From assembly GCA_963666285.1 (NCBI GenBank), contig OY762711.1: a DNA stretch of 64,000 bases; one strand, written 5' to 3'. The position numbers and the translations under genes are program-made. Positions 42,246-52,029 of the stretch are shown piece by piece. The notes below the pieces were generated by a model that did no database searches, was not told the DNA's origin, and worked only from the letters and a program-made list of their open reading frames with translations. Every line of letters starts with the position of its first letter. The stretch's first letter is position 1. The DNA is from Sedimentisphaerales bacterium. Lineage in GTDB: Bacteria > Planctomycetota > Phycisphaerae > Sedimentisphaerales > SM23-30.

Positions 42246-43097
42246 GTGGAATTAAGTCTTAAAGATAGAATAAAGCATATGGAAGACCCCAAACAGGCCA
42301 TGGATGAATTGGCTTCCATATTCGAAGCTTACAATGAAGTAACCGAGCGGATGAGTGTCTCTCATCAGCAGTTAAAAGATGAAGTCGCCAGGCTGCGAGC
42401 CGAGTTACGTGAAAAAAATGAGCTTCTGGAACGAAAAAGCCGCCTGGCGGCACTTGGCGAAATGGCGGCCGGTATGGCGCATGAGATCAGGAATCCTTTA
42501 GGGGGTGTACAGTTGTATGCTTCGCTTTTGGCAAAAGATGTCGAAGACAGGCCGGAATGTCTAAACTGGGTCAGGAAGATCAGTAATGCTGTTATTGGTA
42601 TGAACCAGATAGTGACTGATATGCTTACATTTACCCAGAATCAGAATTGCGAAAAAACCGAACTTAATTTGACCGGTATGGTAGTCGAGGTAGTCGATCT
42701 GGCAGCGCCTCAGGCAAATCAAAAAAGTGTTCGTATTGTAATAGACTGTGATAGAGATATAGTAGTAAATGCAGATTTGAACATGCTGCACAGGATTTTA
42801 TTGAACTTAATATTAAATGCCGTTGGTGCAGTAGAAGATAATGGCGTTGTTATTATAAAAGGCAGAAGAGTAAGTACGGATAAATACACTGTTCGGATAG
42901 ATGTCATAGATAATGGAAGTGGAATTCCTGTTGAAGTTATTAATAAAATATTTAATCCATTTTTTACGACGCGAGATACCGGTACCGGTTTAGGGCTTGC
43001 GATTGTTCACAGGCTGGTTGAATGTCACGACGGTATAATTACCGCGTCAAATAATAATGATCAGGATGGTGCGATATTCACAGTTTTGCTTCCATAA
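42246..43097 (+). CDS. Cytoplasmic histidine kinase (FlrB/FleS/FlgS-like)
   Basis: AHEIRNPL, NLILNA, DNGSG, FNPFFTT and GTGLGL boxes; no TM segment. Confidence 0.92.
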   Translation: MELSLKDRIKHMEDPKQAMDELASIFEAYNEVTERMSVSHQQLKDEVARLRAELREKNELLERKSRLAALGEMAAGMAHEIRNPLGGVQLYASLLAKDVEDRPECLNWVRKISNAVIGMNQIVTDMLTFTQNQNCEKTELNLTGMVVEVVDLAAPQANQKSVRIVIDCDRDIVVNADLNMLHRILLNLILNAVGAVEDNGVVIIKGRRVSTDKYTVRIDVIDNGSGIPVEVINKIFNPFFTTRDTGTGLGLAIVHRLVECHDGIITASNNNDQDGAIFTVLLP

Positions 43098-43249
43098 AGA
43101 AAAGAAGGCAAGATATCAGCTGAATTTTTATAATTATTTATTTAGTTGGTACTTATGGGCTTGCATAAATATAAGGTATTGTATATTATAAGACGAATAA
43201 ACTAGAACATGTTCCGTTGGAGACGGTAAAAGCTAACAAGGAAGGTTTT

Positions 43250-44632
43250 ATGGCTGACATTCTGGTTGTAGATGACATGGAAATGATGCGTGATTCGCTT
43301 GAAGCGATCCTGGTGCGGGCTGGGCATAGAGTAGCCACCTGTGAGGATGCTGTAATTGCGCTTGACAGACTCAAAAGCACTTCTTTCGATTTGGTTGTCA
43401 CCGACCTTAAAATGCCAAAGATGGATGGCATTGCTTTTATGGATAGAATAAGATCCATGAATTCTGATGTGCCGGTGATAATGATGACAGCCCATGCGAC
43501 GATATCGACTGCAGTTGAAGCTATGCGCAAAGGTGCACTGGATTATATTCAAAAACCTTTTGATGCCGATGAAATTACGCTGCTGATTGACAGATCCCTG
43601 GAACATCGTCGTATTATGCGGGAAAATGAAGCATATAAAACCAGTGCCAGGGACTGGCAAAAAGGCAGACAACTGATCAGCGGCGGTTCTGCCATGCAGT
43701 CGGTCATGAAAAAAGTCAGCCAGGTAGCCCCGGTAAGTGCAACAGTACTTATTCGCGGTGAGTGTGGTACCGGTAAAGAAATGATTGCCAGGGCTATTCA
43801 CGCTCAAAGTCCTCGTGCAAATAAACCAATGCTTTGTGTAAACTGTGCGGCATTAAGCAGTTCTTTGCTTGAAAGTGAACTTTTCGGGCATGAAAAAGGA
43901 GCTTTTACCGGTGCTGATTCTGTACGCAAAGGTCGTTTTGAGTTAGCTGATGGCGGAACTCTTCTGCTTGATGAGATCAGTGAAATGGATCTTCAGTTAC
44001 AGTCTAAACTTTTAAGAGTATTGCAGGAACGTGAGTTTGAACGTGTTGGTTCCAGTATAACTCGCCAGGTAGATGTAAGGATACTTGCTACTACCAATAG
44101 AAATCTTGAAGATTGGGTTTCCGAAGGTAAATTCCGTGAGGATCTGTTCTATCGTCTCAATGTTGTCCCAATTAATTTGCCGCCGCTTAGAGAGCGTGGA
44201 AGAGACGATATTGAGCAGCTTTGCCATTATTTTCTCTCAAGAATTTCTGAACGTGAGGGTTGTTCTCCATTAGAAGTTGAATCCGGTGCAATTGAATTAC
44301 TTGCGACCTACAGTTGGCCCGGTAATGTCAGGGAATTGGAAAACCTCATGGAACGTGTATCAATTCTGAGTGATCAGAATGTAATAACTCCGGAGCTGGT
44401 AAGAAACTGGCTGGATACCGGTAGTGATTCAATGAGTTCCTCGAGTAAGTCCTTTGTCGAAATTCACGAAGTCAAACCGCTTGCTGAATTGGAAAGGGAA
44501 GTGATCGAGCATACCTTGGATCAGTTTGACGGCCATCGTCAGAAAACAGCTAAAGCACTTGGCATAGGTGTCAGGACTCTTGGTCTGAAACTGAAAAAGT
44601 GGTCGGATGAAGGAGTGCCGGTTGGGCAATAA
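43250..44632 (+). CDS. Sigma54-dependent response regulator (FlrC/FleR/FlgR-like enhancer-binding protein)
   Basis: REC domain, GECGTGKE, GAFTGA, FREDLFYRL and C-terminal HTH. Confidence 0.95.
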   Translation: MADILVVDDMEMMRDSLEAILVRAGHRVATCEDAVIALDRLKSTSFDLVVTDLKMPKMDGIAFMDRIRSMNSDVPVIMMTAHATISTAVEAMRKGALDYIQKPFDADEITLLIDRSLEHRRIMRENEAYKTSARDWQKGRQLISGGSAMQSVMKKVSQVAPVSATVLIRGECGTGKEMIARAIHAQSPRANKPMLCVNCAALSSSLLESELFGHEKGAFTGADSVRKGRFELADGGTLLLDEISEMDLQLQSKLLRVLQEREFERVGSSITRQVDVRILATTNRNLEDWVSEGKFREDLFYRLNVVPINLPPLRERGRDDIEQLCHYFLSRISEREGCSPLEVESGAIELLATYSWPGNVRELENLMERVSILSDQNVITPELVRNWLDTGSDSMSSSSKSFVEIHEVKPLAELEREVIEHTLDQFDGHRQKTAKALGIGVRTLGLKLKKWSDEGVPVGQ

Positions 44633-44657
44633 TTGCCGGTATAGCGCAAAAATTGCC
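44625..44657. promoter_or_regulatory. Candidate tandem enhancer sites for the sigma54 activator
   Basis: GGCAATAATTGCC (perfect palindrome) and CGCAAAAATTGCC, 20 bp apart, about 110 bp upstream of the -24 element. Confidence 0.55.
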
Positions 44658-44760
44658 GAATATGCGGTAGTTGAATCTTGAGTTTGTAAGAAATAACAAA
44701 AAATAATTCCGTAATTTAGAGAAAATTACAAAAATAATTGATCTGTGTTAAAACAGTTAA

Positions 44761-44777
44761 TTGGCATAATTTTTGCA
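44761..44777 (+). promoter_or_regulatory. Sigma54 (-24/-12) promoter of flgB
   Basis: TTGGCATAATTTTTGCA with exact GG-N10-GC spacing. Confidence 0.85.
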
Positions 44778-44832
44778 TGTAAATATTTGGATAAAAAGTT
44801 TTTAGAAAAAATAACGACAGGAATAAACAATA

Positions 44833-45270
44833 ATGTTGTTTGAAAACATAGTAAATCGAGGAAATATGCCGGTGTTGCAGCAGGTAATGGCGTTCAGTGA
44901 AGAACGTCATAAAGTGCTTGCTGATAATATCAGTAATATTGATACGATTGACTATCAAATGAAGGATCTGGATACAGAAGCCTTCATTTCCAGTCTCTCC
45001 GATGCAATTGAACATCGTGCCAGTCGAGGTGCCGGTGCTCCGCTGGAAATCAAGTCCAGTCGTTATATTGAATGGGATAGGAACGGGCGGATAAATACAA
45101 CCGCAGTTAATTCCGAACCGGAAAATATACTTTTTCACGATAAGAATAACCGTTCTGTCGAAAAACAGATGTCAGAATTAGCCAAGAATGGCTTGATGTA
45201 TAATACTGCTGCTGAATTGTTAAAGGGTCAGTATGACAAGCTGACTATGGCTATTCGGGGCACAATGTAA
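44833..45270 (+). CDS. flgB: Flagellar basal-body rod protein FlgB
   Basis: RHKVLADNISNIDT..Y..KD and NNRSVEKQMSELAKN motifs. Confidence 0.93.
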   Translation: MLFENIVNRGNMPVLQQVMAFSEERHKVLADNISNIDTIDYQMKDLDTEAFISSLSDAIEHRASRGAGAPLEIKSSRYIEWDRNGRINTTAVNSEPENILFHDKNNRSVEKQMSELAKNGLMYNTAAELLKGQYDKLTMAIRGTM

Positions 45271-45314
45271 AAAGTGAACAGTTAGTATAAATCATTATAT
45301 AAGAATAAGATAAA

Positions 45315-45710
45315 ATGTTTAGTAGTTTAGATATTTCAACTTCAGGTCTTGTTGCTCAGCGTATCAGGATGAATACCTGTGCAAACAACCTGGCAAATAT
45401 GGACTCAGTTACCAGCCCAGAAGGTGGGCCGTATAAACGAAGGAGCGTAGTATTTGAAGCTGGTATGGGTCCTCGCAGCGACGGACCAGGTGTTCATGTG
45501 GCGGAAATTGAAAAACAGAATACTTTCCGCTATGAATATGATCCAGCCAATCCTTACGCAGATGCGCAAGGGTATGTTAAATTGCCAGGTATTTCTCCTA
45601 TGGTTGAAACAATAAATATGATGGAAGCTCAAAGAGCCTATGAGGCAAATATTACTGCTGTGGAGGTCAGCAAATCAATGCTTAACAGTGCTTTAAGGCT
45701 TCTGGCGTAG
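45315..45710 (+). CDS. flgC: Flagellar basal-body rod protein FlgC
   Basis: SGLVAQRIRMN..ANNLAN, YDPANPYAD and AQRAYEAN motifs. Confidence 0.96.
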   Translation: MFSSLDISTSGLVAQRIRMNTCANNLANMDSVTSPEGGPYKRRSVVFEAGMGPRSDGPGVHVAEIEKQNTFRYEYDPANPYADAQGYVKLPGISPMVETINMMEAQRAYEANITAVEVSKSMLNSALRLLA

Positions 45711-45727
45711 AATAAGGAATAAAGGCT

Positions 45728-46045
45728 ATGGTTGATAGACTTTACAATGGACTTCAGGCCGGACAGTTGATCGGTATTAACCAGCAGAAAAAAGCTGCCG
45801 GTAATAACCAGGCTGAAGGGACTGGCGATAGTTTCAAAAACCTGTTGATGAATAGTATTAACGAAGTTAACAGGATGCAGAGCGAAGCCGAGCAGGCGAC
45901 TAATGATCTGTTTACCGGTAAAACCGATAACCAGGCAGAGGTTTTTAATGCAGTAAAGAAGGCTGATGTGGCTTTTAAAGCTTTGATGCAGATTCGTAAT
46001 GAGCTGATGGATGCTTATGACGAAGTTAAACAAATGAGAGTGTAA
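45728..46045 (+). CDS. fliE: Flagellar hook-basal body protein FliE
   Basis: SFKNLL..SINEVN and IRNELMDAYDEVKQMRV motifs. Confidence 0.95.
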   Translation: MVDRLYNGLQAGQLIGINQQKKAAGNNQAEGTGDSFKNLLMNSINEVNRMQSEAEQATNDLFTGKTDNQAEVFNAVKKADVAFKALMQIRNELMDAYDEVKQMRV

Positions 46046-46229
46046 AAAAGTAAAATAATTTGGAAAAAAGATATTCGTACTGTTCTATGGCAGTGATAAG
46101 ATTTATTGTCACTAGTTGTGTGGGCAATTCGGTTTTAAATACACGGAGTGTATTTGATAATATATTTTTTCGCTTATTTATTCTGTAGTATGGAATAATG
46201 AAAAAAACTCCAAGACAGGAAGTTGACAA

Positions 46230-47951
46230 ATGAGTTTTTTCAACAGAGTAATTGCAATAATTAAACAGCGGTTAGAGGCACTTAACCTGACAGAACGCCT
46301 TTTAATCATGATGTGCATAGCATTTGTGATTATAAGTTCTATCTGGCTGGGAAGTTATACATCCAATAAGGAAATGGTTCCGCTGCTTGATCAGTCTATC
46401 TCAGAAGACCAGGTTCGACTGATAGTTAACAAGCTTAATTTCTGGAATATGGAAGATGAATATGAGTTGAACGGTAACCAGATTATGGTGCCCAAGACTC
46501 AGCGATGGAAAATCTTCTATAAGTTGTCAGAAGCAGAAGCGATTCCATTAGACATTTCTGTCGGCTTTGAAAAGCTTCTGGAAGATGACAATGTTTTCAC
46601 CTCTGATGCTTCGCGCAAAGATAAAATCCTGGTAATTAAACAAATGGAAATGGCCAGAGTTATTGAGCAGTGGCAGGGGATTGATAAGGCCACCGTTATA
46701 ATTAATCCGGGTAATGAACGCCGGCTGATCAATATAACACCGGCTTCCAGTGCAGCAGTTGCAATTGAGACAGACGGAAGATTGGAAAGCCCTAAAAAGA
46801 CTGCCAAGGCTATTGCTCACTTTGTAGCCGGAGCTGTTAACCGCCTGCAAAAAGATCAGGTTAGTGTCATAATTGACGGGATGAATATTTCAGTAGCTCC
46901 GGGAGTCGGGCAGTTTGATTCGGATGTTTTTGAGGCACAGGCAAAGCTTGAAAAGCATTACTATACAAAGGTTTATGATGTTGTAAAACGTATTTCCCCT
47001 CAAGCTATTGTCCAGGTAGATCTAAAGCTGGATCGTTCTCGAAAGACTGAAGAGACCAGTAAAGTTTTAGATGAAGGTGAAGGTACATACATCTATAACA
47101 AAAATAAAAAGACCGTTGAAGATAATTCGACAGAGTCAGAACAGAACAAAGAGCCAGGTCTTGTGGCAAATGCTTCTACCGCCGGAAGTGCTGCCGGTAA
47201 TTCCAGCAAAACCAGTTCTGAGTTAAGTGATGTTGAACAGGAAGCTATTCCCGGCCATCAGAAAACAACAGTTGAGACACCGGGTGGCGATATTCCACTG
47301 GAAAGTCGTACAGCATTAGTTATGCTGCCTCGCAGCTATTTTGAAAGCGTTGCTAAAGCAAGTCTTGGTCTTGAAACAGTAACAGTACAGCAGGTAAATG
47401 ATTTCGCTACTAATGAGATTGATCGTGTTAAGCAGATGATTTTGCCGGCTCTAGGGCTGACAGATCCGGTAAAATATGCAAATAATGTTACAGTTGATTA
47501 TTTTTGGGGTGAGGAAGTAACTTCAGCCCTTGCCTCTGGCGGCGGTGATGCAGCGGCAGCTGCCGGAGTATTAGGTGGAGATCAGCAGGCGGCAGCTTTT
47601 ACTGTTGCCGGAATACTTAACCAGTATGGTAAGCATATAGCAGTGTCAGTATTTGCATTTTTTGCGATTATTATGGCGCTAATGATGGTTCGCAAGGCTG
47701 TTGGTCCGCCTGAAATAGTGATTGAAGAGGAAGAACCGGAAGAAATGGTTGGTAGAGATCCTCTTGATGCATTCGGTCTAGAAGATGCCAATCTTGATGA
47801 TGAAGATGGTAAAGGCCTGCTTAATGGTATGGAACTTGGTGAAGAAGCCGTTCGCAGTCAACAGATTCTTGAGCAGCTTAGAGGTATGGTTAAGGAAGAG
47901 CCTGACCAGGTTGCCAATCTGCTGGGTAAATGGATCCGATCAGGCATATAA
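46230..47951 (+). CDS. fliF: Flagellar M-ring protein FliF
   Basis: Two TM segments, GFEKLL, SSAAVAI and C-terminal EEPDQVANLLGKWI; lies between fliE and fliG. Confidence 0.9.
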   Translation: MSFFNRVIAIIKQRLEALNLTERLLIMMCIAFVIISSIWLGSYTSNKEMVPLLDQSISEDQVRLIVNKLNFWNMEDEYELNGNQIMVPKTQRWKIFYKLSEAEAIPLDISVGFEKLLEDDNVFTSDASRKDKILVIKQMEMARVIEQWQGIDKATVIINPGNERRLINITPASSAAVAIETDGRLESPKKTAKAIAHFVAGAVNRLQKDQVSVIIDGMNISVAPGVGQFDSDVFEAQAKLEKHYYTKVYDVVKRISPQAIVQVDLKLDRSRKTEETSKVLDEGEGTYIYNKNKKTVEDNSTESEQNKEPGLVANASTAGSAAGNSSKTSSELSDVEQEAIPGHQKTTVETPGGDIPLESRTALVMLPRSYFESVAKASLGLETVTVQQVNDFATNEIDRVKQMILPALGLTDPVKYANNVTVDYFWGEEVTSALASGGGDAAAAAGVLGGDQQAAAFTVAGILNQYGKHIAVSVFAFFAIIMALMMVRKAVGPPEIVIEEEEPEEMVGRDPLDAFGLEDANLDDEDGKGLLNGMELGEEAVRSQQILEQLRGMVKEEPDQVANLLGKWIRSGI

Positions 47952-47987
47952 TTTAATTAAAACAGAAACAATATTGATATAAAACAA

Positions 47988-49016
47988 ATGGCTAAAGAAA
48001 CTATAGACAACGTATCAAGCATGTCAGGTATTAAAAAGGCTGCAATCCTTCTTTTATCAATGGGAAAGGATGTGGCTTCTGAGGTACTTGGCCGTTTAGG
48101 TATGAACGAGATCGAAGAAGTGTCTCGTGAATTAGCCGAGCTTGACGGTATTAAGTCTGAAGAACAGACTATTGTACTTGAAGAGTTCTATAATCTGGCA
48201 ATGGCACAGTCATATATTGAGCAGGGCGGTTTGGCTTATGCCCAGGCATTGCTAGAACAGTCACTTCCCCCTGATATGGCTCATGATATTGTCAAGCAGG
48301 TAACTCAGACAATTCAGCAGACTCCGTTCCAGTTTCTTGCCAAAACAGAAGCAGAAAATATTCTTACTTTTATTCAGGATGAACATCCGCAGACAATCGC
48401 CTTGATTTTGTCACACCTGGCACCGCAGAAATCTGCCGAGATTATGGCCGGGCTTGCCCAGCAGAAACAGGCGGAAGTGGTAAAGAGAATATCGGCAATG
48501 GATCAGACCAACCCGGAAGTTATCCGGGAAGTTGAAGCCGGTCTGGAAAAACGTCTTGCTTCTGTTGTATCTCAGACATTTGAAAAGGCAGGTGGTGTAG
48601 AAGCTGCCGCATCAATTCTTAACCTGGCTGACCGATCAACCGAAAAAGGCATACTTGAAACGCTTGAAACAGAAGATCCTGATCTGGTAGAGCAGATTCG
48701 AAGGCTAATGTTTGTTTTCGAGGATGTTTTACTGGTCAACGACAAGGGTATCCAGGCAGTTCTCAAGGAAGTGGAAAACGACGATCTGGCACTTGCTCTC
48801 AAGACAGCCAGCGAAGAGTTACAGAACAAGATTCTTGGAAATATGTCAGAACGAGCTGCAAATCTGGTTCGCGAGGATATGGAGTTTATGGGGCCGGTGC
48901 GGCTTAGCGATGTAGAAGCTGCCCAGCAGAAGATAGTAGATATCGTAAGGCGGCTTGAAGATGCAGGAGAGCTCTTTGTTCAGGGTCGTGGTGGTGAATC
49001 TGAAATAGTTGGTTAA
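47988..49016 (+). CDS. fliG: Flagellar motor switch protein FliG
   Basis: KAAILLLSMG, EHPQTIALIL, MFVFED and GPVRLSDVEAAQ motifs. Confidence 0.98.
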   Translation: MAKETIDNVSSMSGIKKAAILLLSMGKDVASEVLGRLGMNEIEEVSRELAELDGIKSEEQTIVLEEFYNLAMAQSYIEQGGLAYAQALLEQSLPPDMAHDIVKQVTQTIQQTPFQFLAKTEAENILTFIQDEHPQTIALILSHLAPQKSAEIMAGLAQQKQAEVVKRISAMDQTNPEVIREVEAGLEKRLASVVSQTFEKAGGVEAAASILNLADRSTEKGILETLETEDPDLVEQIRRLMFVFEDVLLVNDKGIQAVLKEVENDDLALALKTASEELQNKILGNMSERAANLVREDMEFMGPVRLSDVEAAQQKIVDIVRRLEDAGELFVQGRGGESEIVG

Positions 49017-49040
49017 CTTATTTATTAGTGGAAGCTTATT

Positions 49041-50147
49041 ATGGCGTTAGTTAAGGCCAGAGACATAAAAGAAGATAGCGGCAGTATTGTCTTTAATTTT
49101 AAAGATGTGGCTGCCGAAGCGCAGGCAATGCTTGACGCAGCACGAGCTGAAGCTAAAAGGATTGTTGACAAAGCAAGGGCGGAAACCATTGAGCGGCGTG
49201 AAGAAGTTTATGCTGATGCCGAAAGAAAGGGTTTTGAACAAGGGAAAAAGAAAGGTTATGCCGATGCTTTTGAACCTGCACGAAAGGAAGGCTATGATAA
49301 AGGCTATGCGGAAGCTTTTGACAATGTGAAAAAACGATTTGAAAATCATATGCATGAACCGCTCAATGATATTAAAAGAGTATTAGATTATTTTGACAAA
49401 AATAAAAAACAGTTATTGTGGGAAGCCGAACAGTCTTTTGTGATACTGGCAGTCAAACTTGCTGAAAAAGTAATACAAAGAAATATAGAAATAAATCCTG
49501 AAATGGTAAAGGATACTGTAGCGTCTGCTCTCGAAACTGTTAATCAGACAACAAATGTTGTTATAAGGGTTAGTCCTGAAGATATATCAATTATTGAAGA
49601 ACTAAAAGGGGAATTGGAGTATGTTCTGGGGAGATTCGACACTGTCAAATTTCATCCGGATATAAATATAAGAAGGGGAGGCTGTATTGTTCTTACAGAG
49701 CGAGGAAAGGTTGACGCCCGTATTGAAGTTCAAATTGAAAGGATTGCCCGTGACATTTTAGAGTCCGATTCTGATCTGGATTGTGGCGATGAAGATATCC
49801 AGCAAAGGATTGAACAGGTTGTATTATCTGAGAATATTACCAATGATTCAAGCCAGGAAGGCCCAGATATCTCTGATATTGATAATGTAATTGGTAATAA
49901 TAATGGTACACAGCAATCGGAAAGTATTGCGGATGTAGAGCATGTTGTTACAGAAGAAGATGTATTAGAAAATGAAGACCAGGAGGTTCCTCATCTGGAA
50001 GAATCGCAAAACTCTCAGGTTGAAGAAATAGATAATGCAGCTGATTCTGTAGAAAGCGATGAGCCTCAACCTCAGTCCGGGAAAGATCAGGCGACCGAGT
50101 TGAGAAAGCAAATGGAAAATAACACTGATAGTGATAAACAGGAATAG
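49041..50147 (+). CDS. fliH: Flagellar assembly protein FliH with acidic C-terminal extension
   Basis: GxxxG repeats, IRVSPED and GGCIVLTERGKVDAR motifs. Confidence 0.9.
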   Translation: MALVKARDIKEDSGSIVFNFKDVAAEAQAMLDAARAEAKRIVDKARAETIERREEVYADAERKGFEQGKKKGYADAFEPARKEGYDKGYAEAFDNVKKRFENHMHEPLNDIKRVLDYFDKNKKQLLWEAEQSFVILAVKLAEKVIQRNIEINPEMVKDTVASALETVNQTTNVVIRVSPEDISIIEELKGELEYVLGRFDTVKFHPDINIRRGGCIVLTERGKVDARIEVQIERIARDILESDSDLDCGDEDIQQRIEQVVLSENITNDSSQEGPDISDIDNVIGNNNGTQQSESIADVEHVVTEEDVLENEDQEVPHLEESQNSQVEEIDNAADSVESDEPQPQSGKDQATELRKQMENNTDSDKQE

Positions 50148-50160
50148 TAACAAAATTAGT

Positions 50161-51522
50161 ATGGTAACTTCAATTAGAGACAATTGGAAATTCAGGCTTG
50201 ATACTGCTGAAAAGATTATGCCATTTGAAATAACCGGCGTAGTTACAGGTATGACAGGTCTGACGATTGAGGTAAATGATTTTGCAGCACCTATTGGGGC
50301 TGCATGCCTTATCCATACTAAAACCGCTGGAGACCTCGAGGCAGAAGTTATAGGTTTTCGCGGCGAAGTCGCGGTTTTAATGCCGCTTGGTGAAATGGCC
50401 GGCATCGCAGGTGGTGATAAAGTTACTTGTATTTCTGCCAGAAGAACAATACCTCTGGGTGATAATTTGCTTGGCAGAGTTATTGATGCTTCGGGCCGCC
50501 CACTTGATGGTAAAGGTCCACTATTATGCCAGGTTAATGCCAGTGTCGAAGCAGATCCTATCAGGCCGTTGGAAAGAAAACGCATAGACCGTCCTTTAGG
50601 TACGGGTGTTCGTGCGGTTGACGGTATTCTTACATGCGGAACCGGTCAGCGTATGGGTATTTTTAGTGGTCCCGGTGTTGGTAAGAGTGTATTACTAGGC
50701 ATGATTGCCCGATATACTTCGGCCGATGTCAATGTGATAGCCTTGATCGGTGAACGTGGCCGTGAAGTCAGGGAATTTCTCGAACGTGATCTTGGCGAAG
50801 CCGGTCTGGCACGTTCGGTTGTTATTGTTAGTACTTCAGATGAACCTGCCCCGGTTAGAGTTCGCAGTGGTTTTGCCGCTTGTACGGTTGCCGAGTATTT
50901 CCGTGACCAGGGCAAAGATGTCCTTATGCTTATGGATTCTTCAACTCGAATAGCTATGGCGCAGCGTCAGATCGGACTGGCAATGGCAGAGCCTCCGGCA
51001 ACCAAAGGATACACTCCAAGTGTTTTTTCGCTATTGCCAAGGTTGTTGGAACGTTGTGGAAAAGGTTCAGTTGGAAGTATCACAGGATTCTTTACTGTTT
51101 TAGTTGAAGGTGATGACCTGAGTGACCCGGTTGCTGATGCTATGAGAAGTATTCTTGATGGCCATTTATGGCTTAGTCGTGACCTGGCAAACAGGGGGCA
51201 TTATCCTGCTATAGATATCCTTGAAAGTGTAAGTCGTGTTATGACTGATATAGTCGATGCCGACCATATTGGTTCAGCGCGTTTTGTTACCAGGCTGGTT
51301 GCGATATATCGCGATATAGAGGATTTAGTAAATATTGGAGCGTATTCATCTGGTACAAATGCAGAATTTGATATGGCTGTGCAAATGAAAAAAGAGATAG
51401 ACTCTTTTCTGCAGCAAAATATAAACGCCAGGATCAGTTTTGATCAAGCGGTAGCTGATTTAACTCAATTGATAGCAAAAGTGCAGATTGCCGGCAAGGA
51501 ACAACAGAATATATCTGCATGA
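50161..51522 (+). CDS. fliI: Flagellar export ATPase FliI
   Basis: GPGVGKS Walker A, GERGREV and YPAIDILESVSR. Start uncertain (50131 GTG alternative). Confidence 0.96.
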   Translation: MVTSIRDNWKFRLDTAEKIMPFEITGVVTGMTGLTIEVNDFAAPIGAACLIHTKTAGDLEAEVIGFRGEVAVLMPLGEMAGIAGGDKVTCISARRTIPLGDNLLGRVIDASGRPLDGKGPLLCQVNASVEADPIRPLERKRIDRPLGTGVRAVDGILTCGTGQRMGIFSGPGVGKSVLLGMIARYTSADVNVIALIGERGREVREFLERDLGEAGLARSVVIVSTSDEPAPVRVRSGFAACTVAEYFRDQGKDVLMLMDSSTRIAMAQRQIGLAMAEPPATKGYTPSVFSLLPRLLERCGKGSVGSITGFFTVLVEGDDLSDPVADAMRSILDGHLWLSRDLANRGHYPAIDILESVSRVMTDIVDADHIGSARFVTRLVAIYRDIEDLVNIGAYSSGTNAEFDMAVQMKKEIDSFLQQNINARISFDQAVADLTQLIAKVQIAGKEQQNISA

Positions 51523-51538
51523 TAGGTAGGTTTGGGTT

Positions 51539-52009
51539 ATGAAGAAATTTAAATTCAGACTTGAACCTGTATTGAGGATGAAAAAGCAGGCTGAAGACGA
51601 AAAAAAACGTATTGTTGGTGAGCTTCAGTCAAAAATTAATGCCCAGCAGCAGCAGGCTTTAGAGATTAATCGAACTATCCTGCAGCAGGGAGCGGAACTT
51701 AAGAAGATGTTTCAGCAGGGTAAGATTGATACCGGCTGGATTACGTATTATCAGGGTTTTGTAACTGATATGCGTCAGGAAATAGCAAGAAAAATCCAAA
51801 GTGTTGCTGAAACACAGAAAGAATTGCATCTGGCCAGAAACGCACTGGCTATGGCAGCTAAAGAAACAAAAACACTGGAAAAATTAAAAGACAAACAGTA
51901 TCAGAAATATAAAGAGCATTTGGAAAAATTAGAAAAAAAAGAACAGGATGAAATTGCCAATCAGGTTTTTTTACATAGGTATATGAGAGAACCGAAAGAA
52001 TTGGCATAA
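51539..52009 (+). CDS. fliJ: Flagellar export protein FliJ
   Basis: MKKFKFRLEPVL...LEKLKDK..EQDE pattern, after fliI. Confidence 0.92.
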   Translation: MKKFKFRLEPVLRMKKQAEDEKKRIVGELQSKINAQQQQALEINRTILQQGAELKKMFQQGKIDTGWITYYQGFVTDMRQEIARKIQSVAETQKELHLARNALAMAAKETKTLEKLKDKQYQKYKEHLEKLEKKEQDEIANQVFLHRYMREPKELA

Positions 52010-52017
52010 TATTTGCT
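52001..52017 (+). promoter_or_regulatory. Candidate internal sigma54 promoter overlapping the fliJ stop
   Basis: TTGGCATAATATTTGCT: GG-N10-GC spacing and 15/17 identity to the flgB promoter. Confidence 0.65.
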
Positions 52018-52029
52018 AAGCTTTGAACT

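Noticed and set aside
43146..43165. TTGGTAC...TTGCA upstream of the sigma54 activator gene
   Set aside because: GG-to-TTGC spacing does not fit a -24/-12 promoter.
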